Below, in pieces: positions 26,348-41,003 of a DNA stretch of 64,000 bases. Each line of letters begins with the position of its first letter. The first letter of the stretch is position 1. Source of the DNA: Octopus vulgaris (taxonomy: Eukaryota); the NCBI GenBank assembly GCA_951406725.2, contig OX597830.1, positions 77,996,001 to 78,060,000 of the forward strand, given 5' to 3'. Made by a program: the position numbers and the translations under genes. The notes beneath the pieces are model-generated. The model was not told the origin of the DNA and searched no databases. It saw only the letters and a program-made list of their open reading frames with translations.

Positions 26348-26391
26348 TGTATGTATGTATGTATGTATATGTATATGCGTCTGTATATGTA

Positions 26392-26421
<30 letters not shown>

Positions 26422-26422
<1 letters not shown>

Positions 26423-26615
26423 GGAGAGTTTACGAAAAAAAAACAAAAGTCGAAGACTGGTGTATGAACAAGAAGCAGGTGTATTAATTTGACGCTCGAG
26501 AAAGTGGGTATCTGTTTTATGTTTCGAACCTACGCTCTTCAACAGAAGGGACTAAGAGAAAATAACCAGAAAGAGAACAAAAATTCTTGTTGATTTAGCG
26601 ATGCGACATGGCGAT
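26422..26615 (-). mobile_element. Repeat family b with variant hammerhead (copy 2)
   Basis: Minus strand TT-CTGTTGA-AGAGC-GTAG-GTTC-GAAAC-ATA-AAAC. Confidence 0.7.
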
Positions 26616-26967
26616 ATATATATATTTCATACTTTGCTAAGAAGCAATGCACAGTACCAGAATCTTCGATTCGAGCCAAATACCACAAACTACTCCAAAT
26701 TCTTCACAGAGTATTCGGGTAAATGGAATCAGGACAGGCCAGTGTGTACTGGCATCAAGTTGTATAATTTGTGATAACGATGTCAAACTCAACAACGATA
26801 TCTAAGAAGCACTGAATACATACATTTCAGATCTTGCGAAACGTATAACAGGAAATAAACAGGTCTTGCGTATATGTATGTATTTCCTATCGTTTATTAC
26901 GAACGACCTGAAGCATACGGGTTAAATGCTTTCAAAATATCATTATTTGGTTTAGTTGCAATATGTT

Positions 26968-27133
26968 AGGCGCAGGAGTGGCTGTGTGGTAAATAGCTTG
27001 CTAACCAACCACATAGTTCCGAGTTCAATCCCACTGCGTGGCATCTTGGGCAAGTGTCTTCTGCTATAGCCCCGGGTCGACCAATGCCTTGTGAGTGGAT
27101 TTGGTAGACGGAAACCGAAAGAAGCCTGTCGTA

Positions 27134-27179
<46 letters not shown>

Positions 27180-27404
27180 CGTGTGTTTGTGTGTCTGTGT
27201 TTGTCCCCCTAGCATTGCTTGACAACCGATGCCGGTGTGTTTACGTCCCCGTCACTTAGCGGTTCGGCAAAACAGACCGATAGAATAAGTACTGGGCTTA
27301 CAAAGAATAAATCCCGGGGTCGATTTGCTCGACTAAAGGTGGTGCTCCAGCATGGCCGCAGTCAAATGACTGAAACAAGTAAAATAGTAAAAGAGTAAAG
27401 AGTA
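26968..27404 (+). mobile_element. SINE family A, full length
   Basis: Consensus match, followed by decayed halves at 27415-27640 (+) and 27803-28002 (-). Confidence 0.92.
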
Positions 27405-27636
27405 TATCATTTATAGGCGTAGGCGCTGCTGTGTGGTAATAATAGTTGCAGGCGTGATGTGTAGTAAGAATAAGCACAGCGCATGGCGGTGTAATAAGAT
27501 GCTTGCTTCCCAACCACAAGGTTCCGGGTTCAGTCCTACTACGTGACACCTTAAGCAAGTGTCTTCTGCTGTCGACTCGGGCCAACCAAGGCCATGTGAG
27601 TTGCGTTGGTAGACAGAGACTGAAAGAAGCTGGTCG

Positions 27637-27736
<100 letters not shown>

Positions 27737-27750
27737 TAAATATATATATT

Positions 27751-27807
<57 letters not shown>

Positions 27808-28251
27808 TATTTGTTTCAGTCATTTGACTGCAGCCATGCTGGAGCACCACCTTTAGTCGAACGAATGTACCTCAGGACTTATACTTTGTAAACCTAGTAC
27901 TTATTCTATTGCACCCCTTTGCCAAACCACTAAGTCCGGCAAAGGGGTCGTAAATCTACCAAAATCGGTTGTCAAGGTGGGGAGACAAACACAGACACAA
28001 ACATGTCTTGTTTTTGTTCTCAACTTTGACCCTCCATAAATCCAAAATCTTATTTTGGTATTTAGAGGAGCAACTGTCTTCGGAAACTCATATTGTCGCT
28101 GAATGCTCGAAGTGAGGAGTAGATTTACAGCCGACAACTGATGAAGGGTCATTTTCCGTGTTACTTATTCCGTTGTCCCCTTTTTCTCTCGTTTATTTAA
28201 CTCGTTTGTTTTCGTACTTCATGATGTTCATACAGTTGGTGACGTCCTGTA

Positions 28252-28284
<33 letters not shown>

Positions 28285-28340
28285 CGGAGATGTACTCGAA
28301 TAGCAAGTAATTTGATCTGAGATCGTGTGCTGAAACGAAA

Positions 28341-28503
28341 ACAATTGCAGCGTGGAAGGTGTTTATAAGCCATTTAAGAAACACACAAAAGCCGTTCGAT
28401 TCACTCCAACATTTAAGTTTAATTTGTCAAAATATTTTCGTCGCTAAAATCGAACGGCTTTTGTGTGTTTCTTAAATGGCTTATAAACACCTTCCACGCT
28501 GCA

Positions 28504-28508
<5 letters not shown>
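28341..28508. repeat. Perfect 61-bp inverted repeat with a 46-nt loop, between (TA)n tracts
   Basis: 28341-28401 is the exact reverse complement of 28448-28508. Confidence 0.92.
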
Positions 28509-28584
<76 letters not shown>

Positions 28585-28890
28585 ATGTATATATATATAT
28601 AAATAAAAACTTGGAGAAGAGAAATGGAGAAATAACGCGTGCGCTCGGTCATGTAGTAATATAATAAATAAATAAAATATATGCATATATACATACATAT
28701 ATGTACATACTTACATCTACATGTATATATACATATATATATATATGAGTACAGCACACCACAAATAAACGCAGAACACAACGAGAGACGAGAACATAAA
28801 ATCAAACAAGGAAACGGACTTTTTTTAAACAACGAAAAACAGAGTACAGGACAAACAATACAAGGAAAATTCATGGTCGGTCACGGTGAT

Positions 28891-28952
<62 letters not shown>

Positions 28953-28955
<3 letters not shown>

Positions 28956-29156
28956 CACAGGAGTGTCTGTGTGGTAAGAAGCTTGTTTCCCAACCATTTG
29001 AAATCGGGTTCAGTTCCACCGCGTGGTTCCTTGGACAAGTATCTTCTGTTATAGCCCCAGGCCAACCAAAACCCCGTGAGTGAATTTGGTAGACGGAAAC
29101 TGAAAGAACTCATATTTCTCCCCCAACCATCTCTTCACAACAAACACAGACACAAA

Positions 29157-29207
<51 letters not shown>

Positions 29208-29213
29208 AGCACG

Positions 29214-29253
<40 letters not shown>

Positions 29254-29429
29254 TACAAATATTTTCATACAAATTCTTTCAGTTTCCGCCTACCAAATCC
29301 ACTCACAAGGCTTTTGCCAGCCCAAGGCTATAGAAGAAAACACTTGCCCAAGACGCCACGCAGTGGTACTGAACCCAGAACCATGTGGTTAGGAAATAAA
29401 CTTTTTACCACTCAGTCATGCTTGCGCCT
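28953..29429. mobile_element. Two diverged SINE A 5' halves in inverted arrangement
   Basis: 28953-29110 (+) and about 29130-29429 (-). Confidence 0.8.
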
Positions 29430-29528
29430 TATATATGTGTGTAAGCATAATCCATCCATCCATCCATCCATCCATCTATCTATTGGTACATGAAAATGTG
29501 TAGATAGATAGATAAATAAATAAAAATG

Positions 29529-29575
<47 letters not shown>

Positions 29576-29585
29576 AGCCAGATAG

Positions 29586-29686
<101 letters not shown>

Positions 29687-29857
29687 TATAGATAGATAGA
29701 GCGACAGGCAGGCAGAGAGGCATACAGACAGATAAATCAATAAATAGATAACAATATCTTTATGTGAGTATACCAATAATAATACTAATACCACTATTAC
29801 TAACAATATAATCATCATCAACAGCAGCAGCAGTAGCAGTAGTAGTAGTAGTAGCAT

Positions 29858-29906
<49 letters not shown>

Positions 29907-29954
29907 GGTGGTGGTGGTGGTAGTAGTAGTAGTATTAGTGGTGGTGGTGGTGGT

Positions 29955-29997
<43 letters not shown>

Positions 29998-30423
29998 GTA
30001 GTAGTAGTAGTAGTAGTAGTAGTACCGAGGGGTAGTGAATGAGGTGACTGCGGCGGCGGTGGCGGCGGCGGTGGCGGCGGCTACTATACTTGTCATTTTG
30101 TCGCGTTCTCAAAATTTCAGTTCGTTGTCAATTTAAGAATTTTCTCGAACACGATTCAAGAACTCGGATGATAAATCGGTTTCGATAAGTTTTCAATTAG
30201 CAAAGGCATTGAACACACTATCTTATTAGCTAAAAAGACTGTGTTATGGTAAACATTAAAGTTGTCAGAAAAGAAAATATTGCTGTGGACTTTAACGAAT
30301 CACCTCCTTATGAACAATATATGGGTGTGAGTATTATTTGTATGTGTTTTGTCAAAATATGCTTGTATGTAGATATAAGTATATGTGTGTGTGTATATAT
30401 GAACACAGGAATATATATATATA

Positions 30424-30514
<91 letters not shown>

Positions 30515-30796
30515 ATATGTATATATATATATATATATATATGTATACTTATATGTAGGGATATATATGTATATAAGTATGTGCACGTATATGTAGGTAT
30601 GTATATATATATATATATATGCACATATATATGTATAAATATAGACATATGTGTGTATGTGCGTGTGTGTGTATTCATACATATATTCATATGAATGTAT
30701 GTATATTTTATGCATATATATATATATGGAGAGAGGGAGACATATGCGTATATACATGCATACATATATTTTCAATATCTGCCTTTATACAAACAC

Positions 30797-30842
<46 letters not shown>

Positions 30843-31037
30843 AGAGAGGGAGGGAGAGAGAGAGTGATACATACATACATACATACATACATACATACAT
30901 ACATACATACATACATAAATAAATAGATAGATAGATAGGTATTTAGGTATACACAGCCATATATATATTTTTGTGTGTATTCGTGTTTGTATTCTTTGTG
31001 CATGCATGTGCATGTGTCTGTGATGCGCGCGAGCGCG

Positions 31038-31105
<68 letters not shown>

Positions 31106-31800
31106 CGTGTGTGTGTGTGTGCCTGCACCCATGTGTGCAAAAGAAATCGGTTTCCAAGGAGCATAATGGCAGTACACTTTATCGAAAATCCTCTTTATTA
31201 GTAAAACGTAAATTCTTAAAAATATTTTTTTTACCATATTGAATGGGATGGAACGACCAGTGCTCATCACTCTTCTTGTTCCATTCCCTCTAGCATCACA
31301 GAAGAGTCGGGAATAGAAGATACGTTCGAATTTTAGACTCGGACCTAATATTTCCCACGGAAAAACAGAAGTACTAACCCATTCACTTTTTATCTGTATT
31401 CTTTTATTCTTTTATTCTTTTACTTGTTTCAGTCTGATTTTAAAGCCTGGTGCTTATTTAATCGGATCTCTTTTGCCGAACCGCTAAGCACTGATGGTGG
31501 TGGTGGTGGTGAGGACAAACACTGACACAAAGACACACACAAACACACACACACGCACACACCAAGACACACACACAAAAAGACAGTCACACACACACAC
31601 ACATTTTATCTTTTATCTTTTATGGAGGCATTGCTTTGAAGAATTTTAAGTCGAATGTATCGACCCCAGTACTTTTTTTAAAGCCTGATACATATTCTAT
31701 CGATCACTTTTGCCGAACCGTTAAGTTACGGGGACATAAACACACCAACACCGGTTGTCAAGGGGTGGAAGGAGAACAAACACAGACAGTCATACATACA

Positions 31801-31842
<42 letters not shown>

Positions 31843-31845
<3 letters not shown>

Positions 31846-31992
31846 AGAATTCAAAAAACAAAAGATGAAGACAGGTGGTGTAGACAACAAACAGATGTAT
31901 TAGTATAACGCTCGGGAAGTGAAAAAGTCTTTAATGTTTCGTGCCTACGCCCTTCCACAGAAAGAAACAAGGAGAGAAAATAAAGAAAGAAA
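31843..31992 (-). mobile_element. Repeat family b with variant hammerhead (copy 3)
   Basis: Minus strand TTT-CTGTGGA-AGGGC-GTAG-GCAC-GAAAC-ATT-AAAGA. Confidence 0.65.
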
Positions 31993-32378
31993 TGTTTGGG
32001 TTTGAGTGGGGTGCTAATTGAGTTCTTTTGGAAAGGCGTTTTGCAATAATTTTTCTTGGTTAAATTTGGGGTTACGTAATCTTTTAGAATTTATTCATGC
32101 ATGTAAAACTTTATAAACAAGCCTGTAGGTATTTCTCTATTGTTAGGTGGGCAAGGGGTGTGTCAATATCTTTGGTGCTTTTATTGGATTTAATCCTTCT
32201 GCTTTGTCAATATAAATAGGCGCAGACGTGGCTGTGTGGTAAGAAGCTTGCTTCCCAACCACATGGTTCCGGTTCAGTTCCACTGCGTGTCACCTTGCGC
32301 AAGTGTCTTTTACTATAGCCTCGGACTGACCAAAGCCTTGTAAGTGGATTTGGTAGACGGAAACTAAAAGAAATCCGT

Positions 32379-32419
<41 letters not shown>

Positions 32420-32750
32420 GAGGCTATAGTAAAAGACACTTGTGCAAGGTGACACGCAGTGGAACGGAACCAGGAACCATGTGGTTGGGAAGCAAGCTTC
32501 TTACCACACAGCCACGTCTGCGCCTATGTATATTGACAAAGCAGAAGGATTAAATCCAATAAAAGCACCAAAGATATTGACACACCCCTTGCCCACCTAA
32601 CAATAGAGAAATACCTACAGGCTTGTTTATAAAGTTTTACATGCATGAATAAATTCTAAAAGATTACATAACCCCAAATTTAACCAATAAAAATTATTGC
32701 AAAACGCCTTTCCAAAAGAACTCAATTAGCACCCCACTCAAACCCAAACA
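31993..32750. repeat. Inverted duplication (fold-back) of about 331 bp, including a SINE A head
   Basis: Arms 31993-32323 and 32419-32750 differ at about 6 positions by eye. The 95-nt spacer contains SINE continuation and (TA)n. Confidence 0.92.
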
Positions 32751-33092
32751 CCTAAAAATGCTTTTAACTCAAAAGAGATTATATAAAAGCAAGTTTAACT
32801 TTAATGCATCGCAGTCCGATGACGGATCAGGAAGTCGAAACTTCGAAATCACAGTCAACAATATTCTTGTATAAGTGTAATAAATTTGTACTCTACAAAA
32901 ATATCAGATTGAATAGAATGTTAGTAACGTTTTGAACCATGAAGAGCTTGTACTGGATTTTTGCAGAGTTTTGAATTTTTTTAAACATTTTTTTTTTTTT
33001 GCAATTGTCTGGTAATACAGACATAGACTTGCCAAAATGCATCATTAAATTAACATTCTATATGTTTTTCACCGTTGTTACAATCATCTGAA

Positions 33093-33935
33093 ATGGAACT
33101 GTCGAAGCATGATATTTGAGCATTTTTGCTATTCAACTTAAAAAAAGACGTAATGCAGCTGAAATTGCTCGTGCTATCAATGAAACGTTTGATGTGGAAA
33201 TGACCAGTGAGTGGTCAGCCCGAAAATGGTTTAAACGACTTTGCAGTAGTGACCTCAGCCTTGAAGATCAAGAGCGTAGTGGACGCCCATCTGTCATTGA
33301 TGACGGTCAATTAAAGACTGTCATTGAGAAAGATCCTCGTAAAACCACTCGAGAACTGGCAAAAGAACTTCAAATTAGCCAGAAAACTAACTGCAACCAT
33401 TTGCATGCATCGGAAAATTTAGAAAAAAGTTCGACAAATAGGTACCACACGATTTGAATACAATTCAGAAATGTGCGGATATGAAATTTGCTCGTTGCTT
33501 CTTCTCTGTAACCAGACCGATCCATTTCTCGACCGTATGGTAACTTGCGATGAAAAGTGGATTCTGTACGATAATAAAAAGCGTTCTTCGCAGTGGTTGT
33601 GTACCAAAATGAAGCACCGAAAACCTTCCCTAAACCGAAGCTCTTCAAAAAGAAGGTAATGGTGACTGTTGGGTGGTGTACTGCTGGTCTCATCCACTAT
33701 AACTTCTGAAACCCCCACAAAAAACCATTACTGCAGAAACATATTGCCATGAAATTGCAATGAAATTGCCAAAATGAACGAAAAACTGCTACTCCTCCGT
33801 CACAGACTGGTTAACCGAAGAGGGTCAATCATACTTCATGGCAATGCTCAACCACACGCTTCGCTAATGACGCTCCAGAAGTTGAGGGAATGTGGCTACG
33901 AAGTTTCTCCCCACCCAGCTTATTCCCCAGACCTT
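33093..33935 (+). pseudogene. Decayed mariner (DD34D) transposase
   Basis: NAAEIARAINETF..ARKWFKR..DLSLEDQERSGRPS (HTH), FLDRMVTCDEKWILYDN, HGNAQPH (HDNARPH) and HPAYSPDL. Frameshifted, and truncated before the third Asp. Confidence 0.93.
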
Positions 33936-34082
33936 TTATTATTATTTTATATCATATATACATATCGTACAAATCCACAATACAGTAACGATGTCCCATT
34001 CATTGTCAGAGAAGACCGATAAGTAATAAAGGTCAACATTAAGTCACTTTAATAAATGATTTAGAAAACAGTGATACTATGC

Positions 34083-34113
<31 letters not shown>

Positions 34114-34475
34114 ACACACACCGATTAAATTTCGACAATCACGTAACACCTCCATCACCTCATCCTCGCCATCACTACAAATCATTCGTCTCCCGCATCA
34201 CCATCACCACCAGCATGAAGCCGACATTGTCACAGGTTCCAGTATGAAGTAATACATACGTGTGTACAATCACATTAAGTCACCGTCGAGACCTCTAACA
34301 TCCCCTAACAACATGATTAACGACAACACGGGGCCCGAGCCAACGAAGCTGTTCCATATGTGGTTTCTCCAACCACAAGAAATAACAGTCAAATATCTTT
34401 CGAAGTGCGAGCTGCTATCTTTGAACGGGAAAGGAAACCTTAAATAATGTATCCTTTGATAAGCTATTCCTTAAA

Positions 34476-34640
34476 CAGTACCGCAGCGAAAGAGTAGAAG
34501 CCAGGGAGTGGTCCGCCTCAGGCAAAGATTTTATAGGGGAGGGGCGACACTTTTGGGGATGCGGTATAAGCCTACAATGACCGTACGGGAGCGAACTGAA
34601 GGGCTGACCTGGGTGGCACACACTTTAATTGCGCCTCTCT
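34476..34640. mobile_element. Possible decayed hAT-type MITE
   Basis: CAGTACCGCAGC..GGTCCGCCTCAGGC and GACCTGGGTGGCACACACTTTAATTGCGCCTCT resemble degenerate CAGTGGCG-type termini. Confidence 0.35.
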
Positions 34641-34721
34641 CCTGCAAAATCCCGCTAGAATATATTTGATCGATAACGTCACCATGATGAACATCATGCC
34701 ACGGCGGGCATTCACCACTAT

Positions 34722-35125
34722 CCATACCACCAGCACACCACCAACAACAACAACAAAATCATCACTACCCATACCACCAGCACCACCACCACCAACATCA
34801 ACAACAAAATCATCACTACCTATACCACCAGCACCAGCACCACCAACAACAACAACAAAATCATCACTACCCATACCACCAGCACCACCACCACCAACAA
34901 CAACAACAAAATCACCACTACCCATACCACCACCACCAACAACAACAACAAAATCACCATTACCCATACCACCAGCACCACCACCAACAGCAACAAAAAA
35001 AATCACCACTACCCATACCACCAGCACACCAAGAACAACAACAACAAAATCACCACTACCCATACAACCACCACCACCACCAACAACAACATCAACAAAA
35101 TTACCACTAACCATACCACCAGTAC
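34722..35125. repeat. Minisatellite with a 42-54 bp unit (ACAACAACAAAATCAYCACTACCCATACCACCAGCACCACC), about 7 copies
   Basis: Direct tandem repetition is visible in the sequence. Confidence 0.85.
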
Positions 35126-36022
35126 CACCAACAACGCCACCGTTATCACCACCAACGATACCACCAACAACAGCATCAACACTAACCTCACTGCTACCAC
35201 CAATACCTACAACAACACTACGATTGGCAGCTTCACCACCACCGACAACACCATCACCGCAACTAAAATTAAGACAACCATAACCACCTCCACCACCACC
35301 ACCACCAACAACCTCAGTAACAAAAGCAACAACAGCAACTCTACCAATGGTAACACCATTAACTTCACCAACACCACCACCACCACCATCATCCATACCA
35401 GAAACATCACCAACAAAACACCACCACTGCTAAATCTAACACTGCCATCACCACCGGCGACAAAAAAATAACATCACCATTACACTCTACTTAATTAATT
35501 TTTAAAAAAAAGAAATTTTTAAAGCTTATTTTTTTGTCTTTTCCACCATTTTGGTTTGAGACTGTAAATCATATTTTATAAAAATGTAACACTTAAGAAA
35601 ACAACTTAAAAACTAAAAACTTAAATACTTAAAAAAAAAAACTTGAAAACACTGGAAACCAATTGAAATAATTGAAATTATATAGTCTTGTATGTGAGTG
35701 TATGTGTTTGTGTGTGTGTGTGTGTGCGTTTGTGTGTTTGTGTTTGTGTGTGTGTGTGTGTGTGTGCATGTGTGTGCGTGAGCGCGTATGTGTGCGTACA
35801 TGTATATGCTCTGTCTGTGTGTATATATATTCATATATATAGATTATATATACATATATATATATGTATGTAGGCATGTATGTACGTATGTATGAATGTA
35901 TATATATATATATATATATACACGAGTATATATGTATGCATATGCATGTTTACGTCTCTCTCTCTCTTTCTCTCTCTCTCTATATATATATGTATATATA
36001 TATGCATGTATATATGTGTATG

Positions 36023-36056
<34 letters not shown>

Positions 36057-36128
36057 TACCGTATCTACACTCATGCGAGTGTGTTCTGTGTGTGATAAAT
36101 TATGGACTACAAAAATCAGCTAAAATGA

Positions 36129-36278
<150 letters not shown>

Positions 36279-36689
36279 AATAATAAAACAGAAAGTAGCC
36301 GATTTGGGGATAAATGACATAAGCAAAACCATGAAGTGCTATATAGAAATAAAAGCCAATTTCACTCTAATTTACACTATCTGCCTTAAAAAAATACATT
36401 TGCATGTACATCAGATGATACAATTCTCCCTCAATTTTTGTCCTTCACCCAACTCCCCCCGACCCACACACAAATTTACTGCTCACCAAAAATTGATCAC
36501 AACTCTGCCTGACTCTGTGTTAAAAACACCGTTTTTATTTGATCAAGTGTATTTGTGCAGTCTGTTTCCTTGCTGAGGATTAGTTATCCTGAACATGTAA
36601 TTTCTATCACTGCCTCTCCTAACGTGAAGCAGTTTTTTTTACCTTTTCATTTGTTTTTAATTAATTTTCATTTATTCAATATCTGCTCC

Positions 36690-36872
36690 TTTTCATTGAA
36701 TTCATGCTCAACTGGTTTAGGTCAAACAACTGACAAGCAAATCTGTGGTATTGAGCAGAATATTTGCTGTAGCCCATCTTTTATACTAAGACAAAACAAT
36801 GTACATGATAACACTTCCAATCAGTTAAGATAAGAAGCCATGAGAGCCACTGCCTGGTACTGCATCAGGGCG

Positions 36873-36932
<60 letters not shown>

Positions 36933-37075
36933 CCCATCATAACTACCTGTCTGATAAACACCAGACATCATCACAACCATGTTGTTGTTGTTGTTGTTCT
37001 GTGGTATGAGCAAATTTTGCTGTGCGTCTTTTATACCAGGACAAGCAATATAAGAGAGCAGAACAAGAGCCGTTT
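36690..37075 (+). mobile_element. Two related retroposon 3' ends with (TTA)n and (TTC)n tails
   Basis: CTGTGGTAT.GAGCA.A..TTTGCTGT..CTTTTATAC.A.GACAA occurs at about 36743-36795 and about 36999-37044, each ending in a trinucleotide tail. Confidence 0.55.
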
Positions 37076-37165
37076 CTTCTTCTTCTTCTTCTTCTTCTTC
37101 TTCTTCTTCTTCTTCTTCTTCTTCTTCTTCTTCTTCTTCTTCTTCTTCTTCTTCTTCTTCTTCTC

Positions 37166-38078
<913 letters not shown>

Positions 38079-38171
38079 GCTGTTGTTCTTGTTGTGTTGT
38101 TGCTGCTGCTGTTGTTGTTTTTGTTGTTGTTGTTGCTGCTGCTACTACTACTGTTGTTGTTGTTGTTGTTG

Positions 38172-38710
38172 TTCAGCATTTGGTACTTTGAGGCAAATTT
38201 CTACTGCATCACCAGCTACAGCTTCGTGTTGCTGGGGGTGTGAGCAGCATTGTGTTCTTTTCTGCTGTTGGATGTGTGGAAATTATTCCTGGTATTCTAT
38301 GGCGTAGGTTTTTTTCTCTTGGTGTGTGGTGCAGTCATTTGTATTAATGCTTGTATTGTGCGTTCAGTGAGTAATGCCTTGGTTATATGGATTGCTGGTA
38401 GAAGTTTATTTCATTGGATAATTGAGGCATAGAGTGCGTCTTGTGATTGTGGGCTGTATTGTTTAGGTTGTATTATTGAGTTGATAGTGTCTTACGTAGG
38501 ATGGGGGCTGTTCCTAGCAGGGCTATTTTTTTGGATAGTGTGGTGTTGAGGATCCAGGTTTAGCTTCTACGTTTTTTATTCATACCCAATGCTCCAGTTA
38601 TTAATGGTATTTTTTTCATCTTCAACCCCATATCTTGAATATTTCAATTTTGAGGTCTTTCTACTTTGAAAATTTCTCCACTTCTTTTTGTCCAATATTT
38701 TGATTAGAAG
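38172..38710 (-). mobile_element. Second, older Dong/R4 3' end with a long 3' UTR and (AAC)n tail
   Basis: KEVEKFSK*KDLKIEI..W..IPLITGALGM..IQKIALLGTAPILRKTLSTQ*. Confidence 0.85.
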
Positions 38711-38736
38711 GGGCTGCAATGACTGCCCGTAAGAAG

Positions 38737-38873
38737 TATTATTATCATTTTCATATACATACAATAAATTAGCTAGTTGAAAAAGAAAAAATCCTAACAT
38801 CGAGCAACAACAAGTAACCTTAGATGCCAAGAACCCTCCTAAGTATCTTAGCTGTCCCTAATAAGACTGTTTT
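38737..38873 (-). mobile_element. Third Dong/R4 extreme 3' end
   Basis: KTVLLGTAKILRRVLGI* plus a short 3' UTR ending in ATAATAAT. Confidence 0.75.
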
Positions 38874-39100
38874 TCTTCTTCTTCTTCTTCTTCTTCTTCT
38901 TCTTCTTCTTCTTCTTCTTCTTCTTCTTCTTCTTCTTCTTCTTCTTCTTCTTCTTCTTCTTCTTCTTCTCCTCCTCCTTCTTCTTCTTCTTCTTCTTCTT
39001 CTCCTCCTCCTCCTCCTCCTTCTTCTTCTTCTTCTTCTTCTTCTTCTTCTTCTTCTTCTTCTTCTTCTTCTTCTTCTTCTTCTTCTTCTCTTTATTCTTC

Positions 39101-39383
39101 TTTAGCAAAAAAGTTTCGAGTTCTAGACAAGAAGGCTTATGATAAAAGACCAGTCGTGGCAATCATGCCACTTTGCCATTCCACAATAGTCTACAACAGA
39201 CTACACTACCCAATGTGTCCTTCGGTTCGGAAAACGATAGAAGAAAATTTAAGAGAGATTTACCTATTATTTCGAGCAACCAGTCAACGAGGCAAACTCT
39301 CATATCAGCATAAATGAATAACGATAAAAGAGGGAGCTGCAAGCGTGATTCGAACTCAGGCACCCGAGATTCCACACTAACGT
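39101..39383 (-). mobile_element. tRNA-derived SINE family D with a long (AAG)n tail (second copy at 51129-51418 on +)
   Basis: B-box GAGTTCGAATC. The two copies align over about 285 bp. Confidence 0.85.
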
Positions 39384-39437
39384 CTTCTTCTTCTTCTTCT
39401 TCTTCTTCTTCTTCTTCTTCTTCTTCTTCTTCTTCTT

Positions 39438-39557
<120 letters not shown>

Positions 39558-39635
39558 GTAATTACTTCTGGATAGAAATTATTCATAACTCCTAGCCTTA
39601 TGTTTATAAATGAAACGGATTTGTACTGCCTCTGC

Positions 39636-39673
39636 TCCACTGATGATACTCATTTATATCGAAATATGTCAGT
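39636..39673 (+). ncRNA. Degenerate hammerhead-like motif
   Basis: CTGATGA-TACTCATTTATATC-GAAA-TAT-GTC. Stem I does not pair. Confidence 0.35.
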
Positions 39674-39869
39674 CTTTCTGATCATCGAATTAGCAACGAT
39701 CAGATTTTTCCCTTTAAACACGTGAATTACCTTTATTAAAATAATTCTGAATCAAATTATCTGCCCTTTTGTTTATGAGTATGCCACTACAGTTGAGGGC
39801 TTTGGGTGCAATTTAGAGAAAATTAAGTGACGCAACTAAGAGGAAAATTTCACTTCATTAAGGATTTTC

Positions 39870-39928
<59 letters not shown>

Positions 39929-40301
39929 TGTGTATGTGTGTGTGTGTGTGTGTGTGCGTGTGTGCGTACATCATTCAGTGTATCCATGGCATGAGTTGAT
40001 CTGAGTTATTTCACTTTGATTTGAGCTTCTATTTATAAAAATAATTGGATAATATAGTAATTCTGACACGATGCATGACGAGATGTCCATGGACGGAGCG
40101 TTTTTGATCATAGACCAAAGTGCTAAGTAACATCATCATCAATAACAGCAGAAGCACTATCACCATCATCACCACTACCATCAACAACGACAAACCAACT
40201 GATAAATGAACCAACGAAAGAGATTTTCCTGCATCATCTGAACACCTGCTAGAAATAGCAGCCAGATGTTCATCAAAACACATTAATATCTTTATAGGCA
40301 T

Positions 40302-40704
40302 AGGCGCAGGAGTGGCTGTGTGGCAAGTAGCTAGCTTACCAACCACATAGTTCCGGGTTCAGTCCCATTGCGTGGTACCTTGGGCAAGTGTCTTCTACTA
40401 TAGCCTCGGATCGACCAAAGCCTTGTGAGTGGATTTGGTAGACGGAAACTGAAAGAAGCCCGTCGTATATGTGTATATGTATGCGTGTGTGTATATGCTT
40501 GTGTGTCTGTGTTTATCCCCCCACCATCGCTTGACAATAGATGCTGGTATGTTTACGTCCCAGTAACTTAGCGGTTCGGCAAAAAGAGACCGATAGAATA
40601 AGTACTAGGCTTACAAAGAATAAGTCCCGAGGTTGATTTGCTCGACTAAAGGCGGTGATCCAGCATGGCCGCAGTCAAATGACTGAAACAAGTAAAAAAA
40701 GTAA
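40302..40704 (+). mobile_element. SINE family A, full length
   Basis: Consensus match. Confidence 0.92.
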
Positions 40705-40915
40705 GAAGGAAAGGATTCATTGAATAATGGAGTTCTAGAAGATTCCCTCCCTTTTTTCTTCTTCTCCTTTCTAAAATAGACGCGAAGGTCACGGCCGAAA
40801 TATCTTTGATCATTGGTCTGTATGTTCAACGAGAGCTGTCTGAATGAGGAGTGGGGGGAGGGTGACCCAACAACAACAACTACTATTATAATGGAAGAAA
40901 CATTATTAAAATCAA

Positions 40916-40972
<57 letters not shown>

Positions 40973-41003
40973 GCACACACAAACTTACAATATTTCAAAT
41001 GTC

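Noticed and set aside
31294-31370. Possible exon after a pyrimidine tract (CTCTAG)
   Set aside because: The donor site is poor (GTACTA), the peptide is not recognisable, and two frames are closed.
34722-35125. CRISPR-like array
   Set aside because: These are tandem units without unique spacers, in a eukaryotic context with no cas genes.
34666-35283. 205-aa Pro/Thr-rich mucin-like ORF
   Set aside because: It is explained by a CCA/ACA minisatellite, is open on both strands, and has no signal peptide, domain or splice support.
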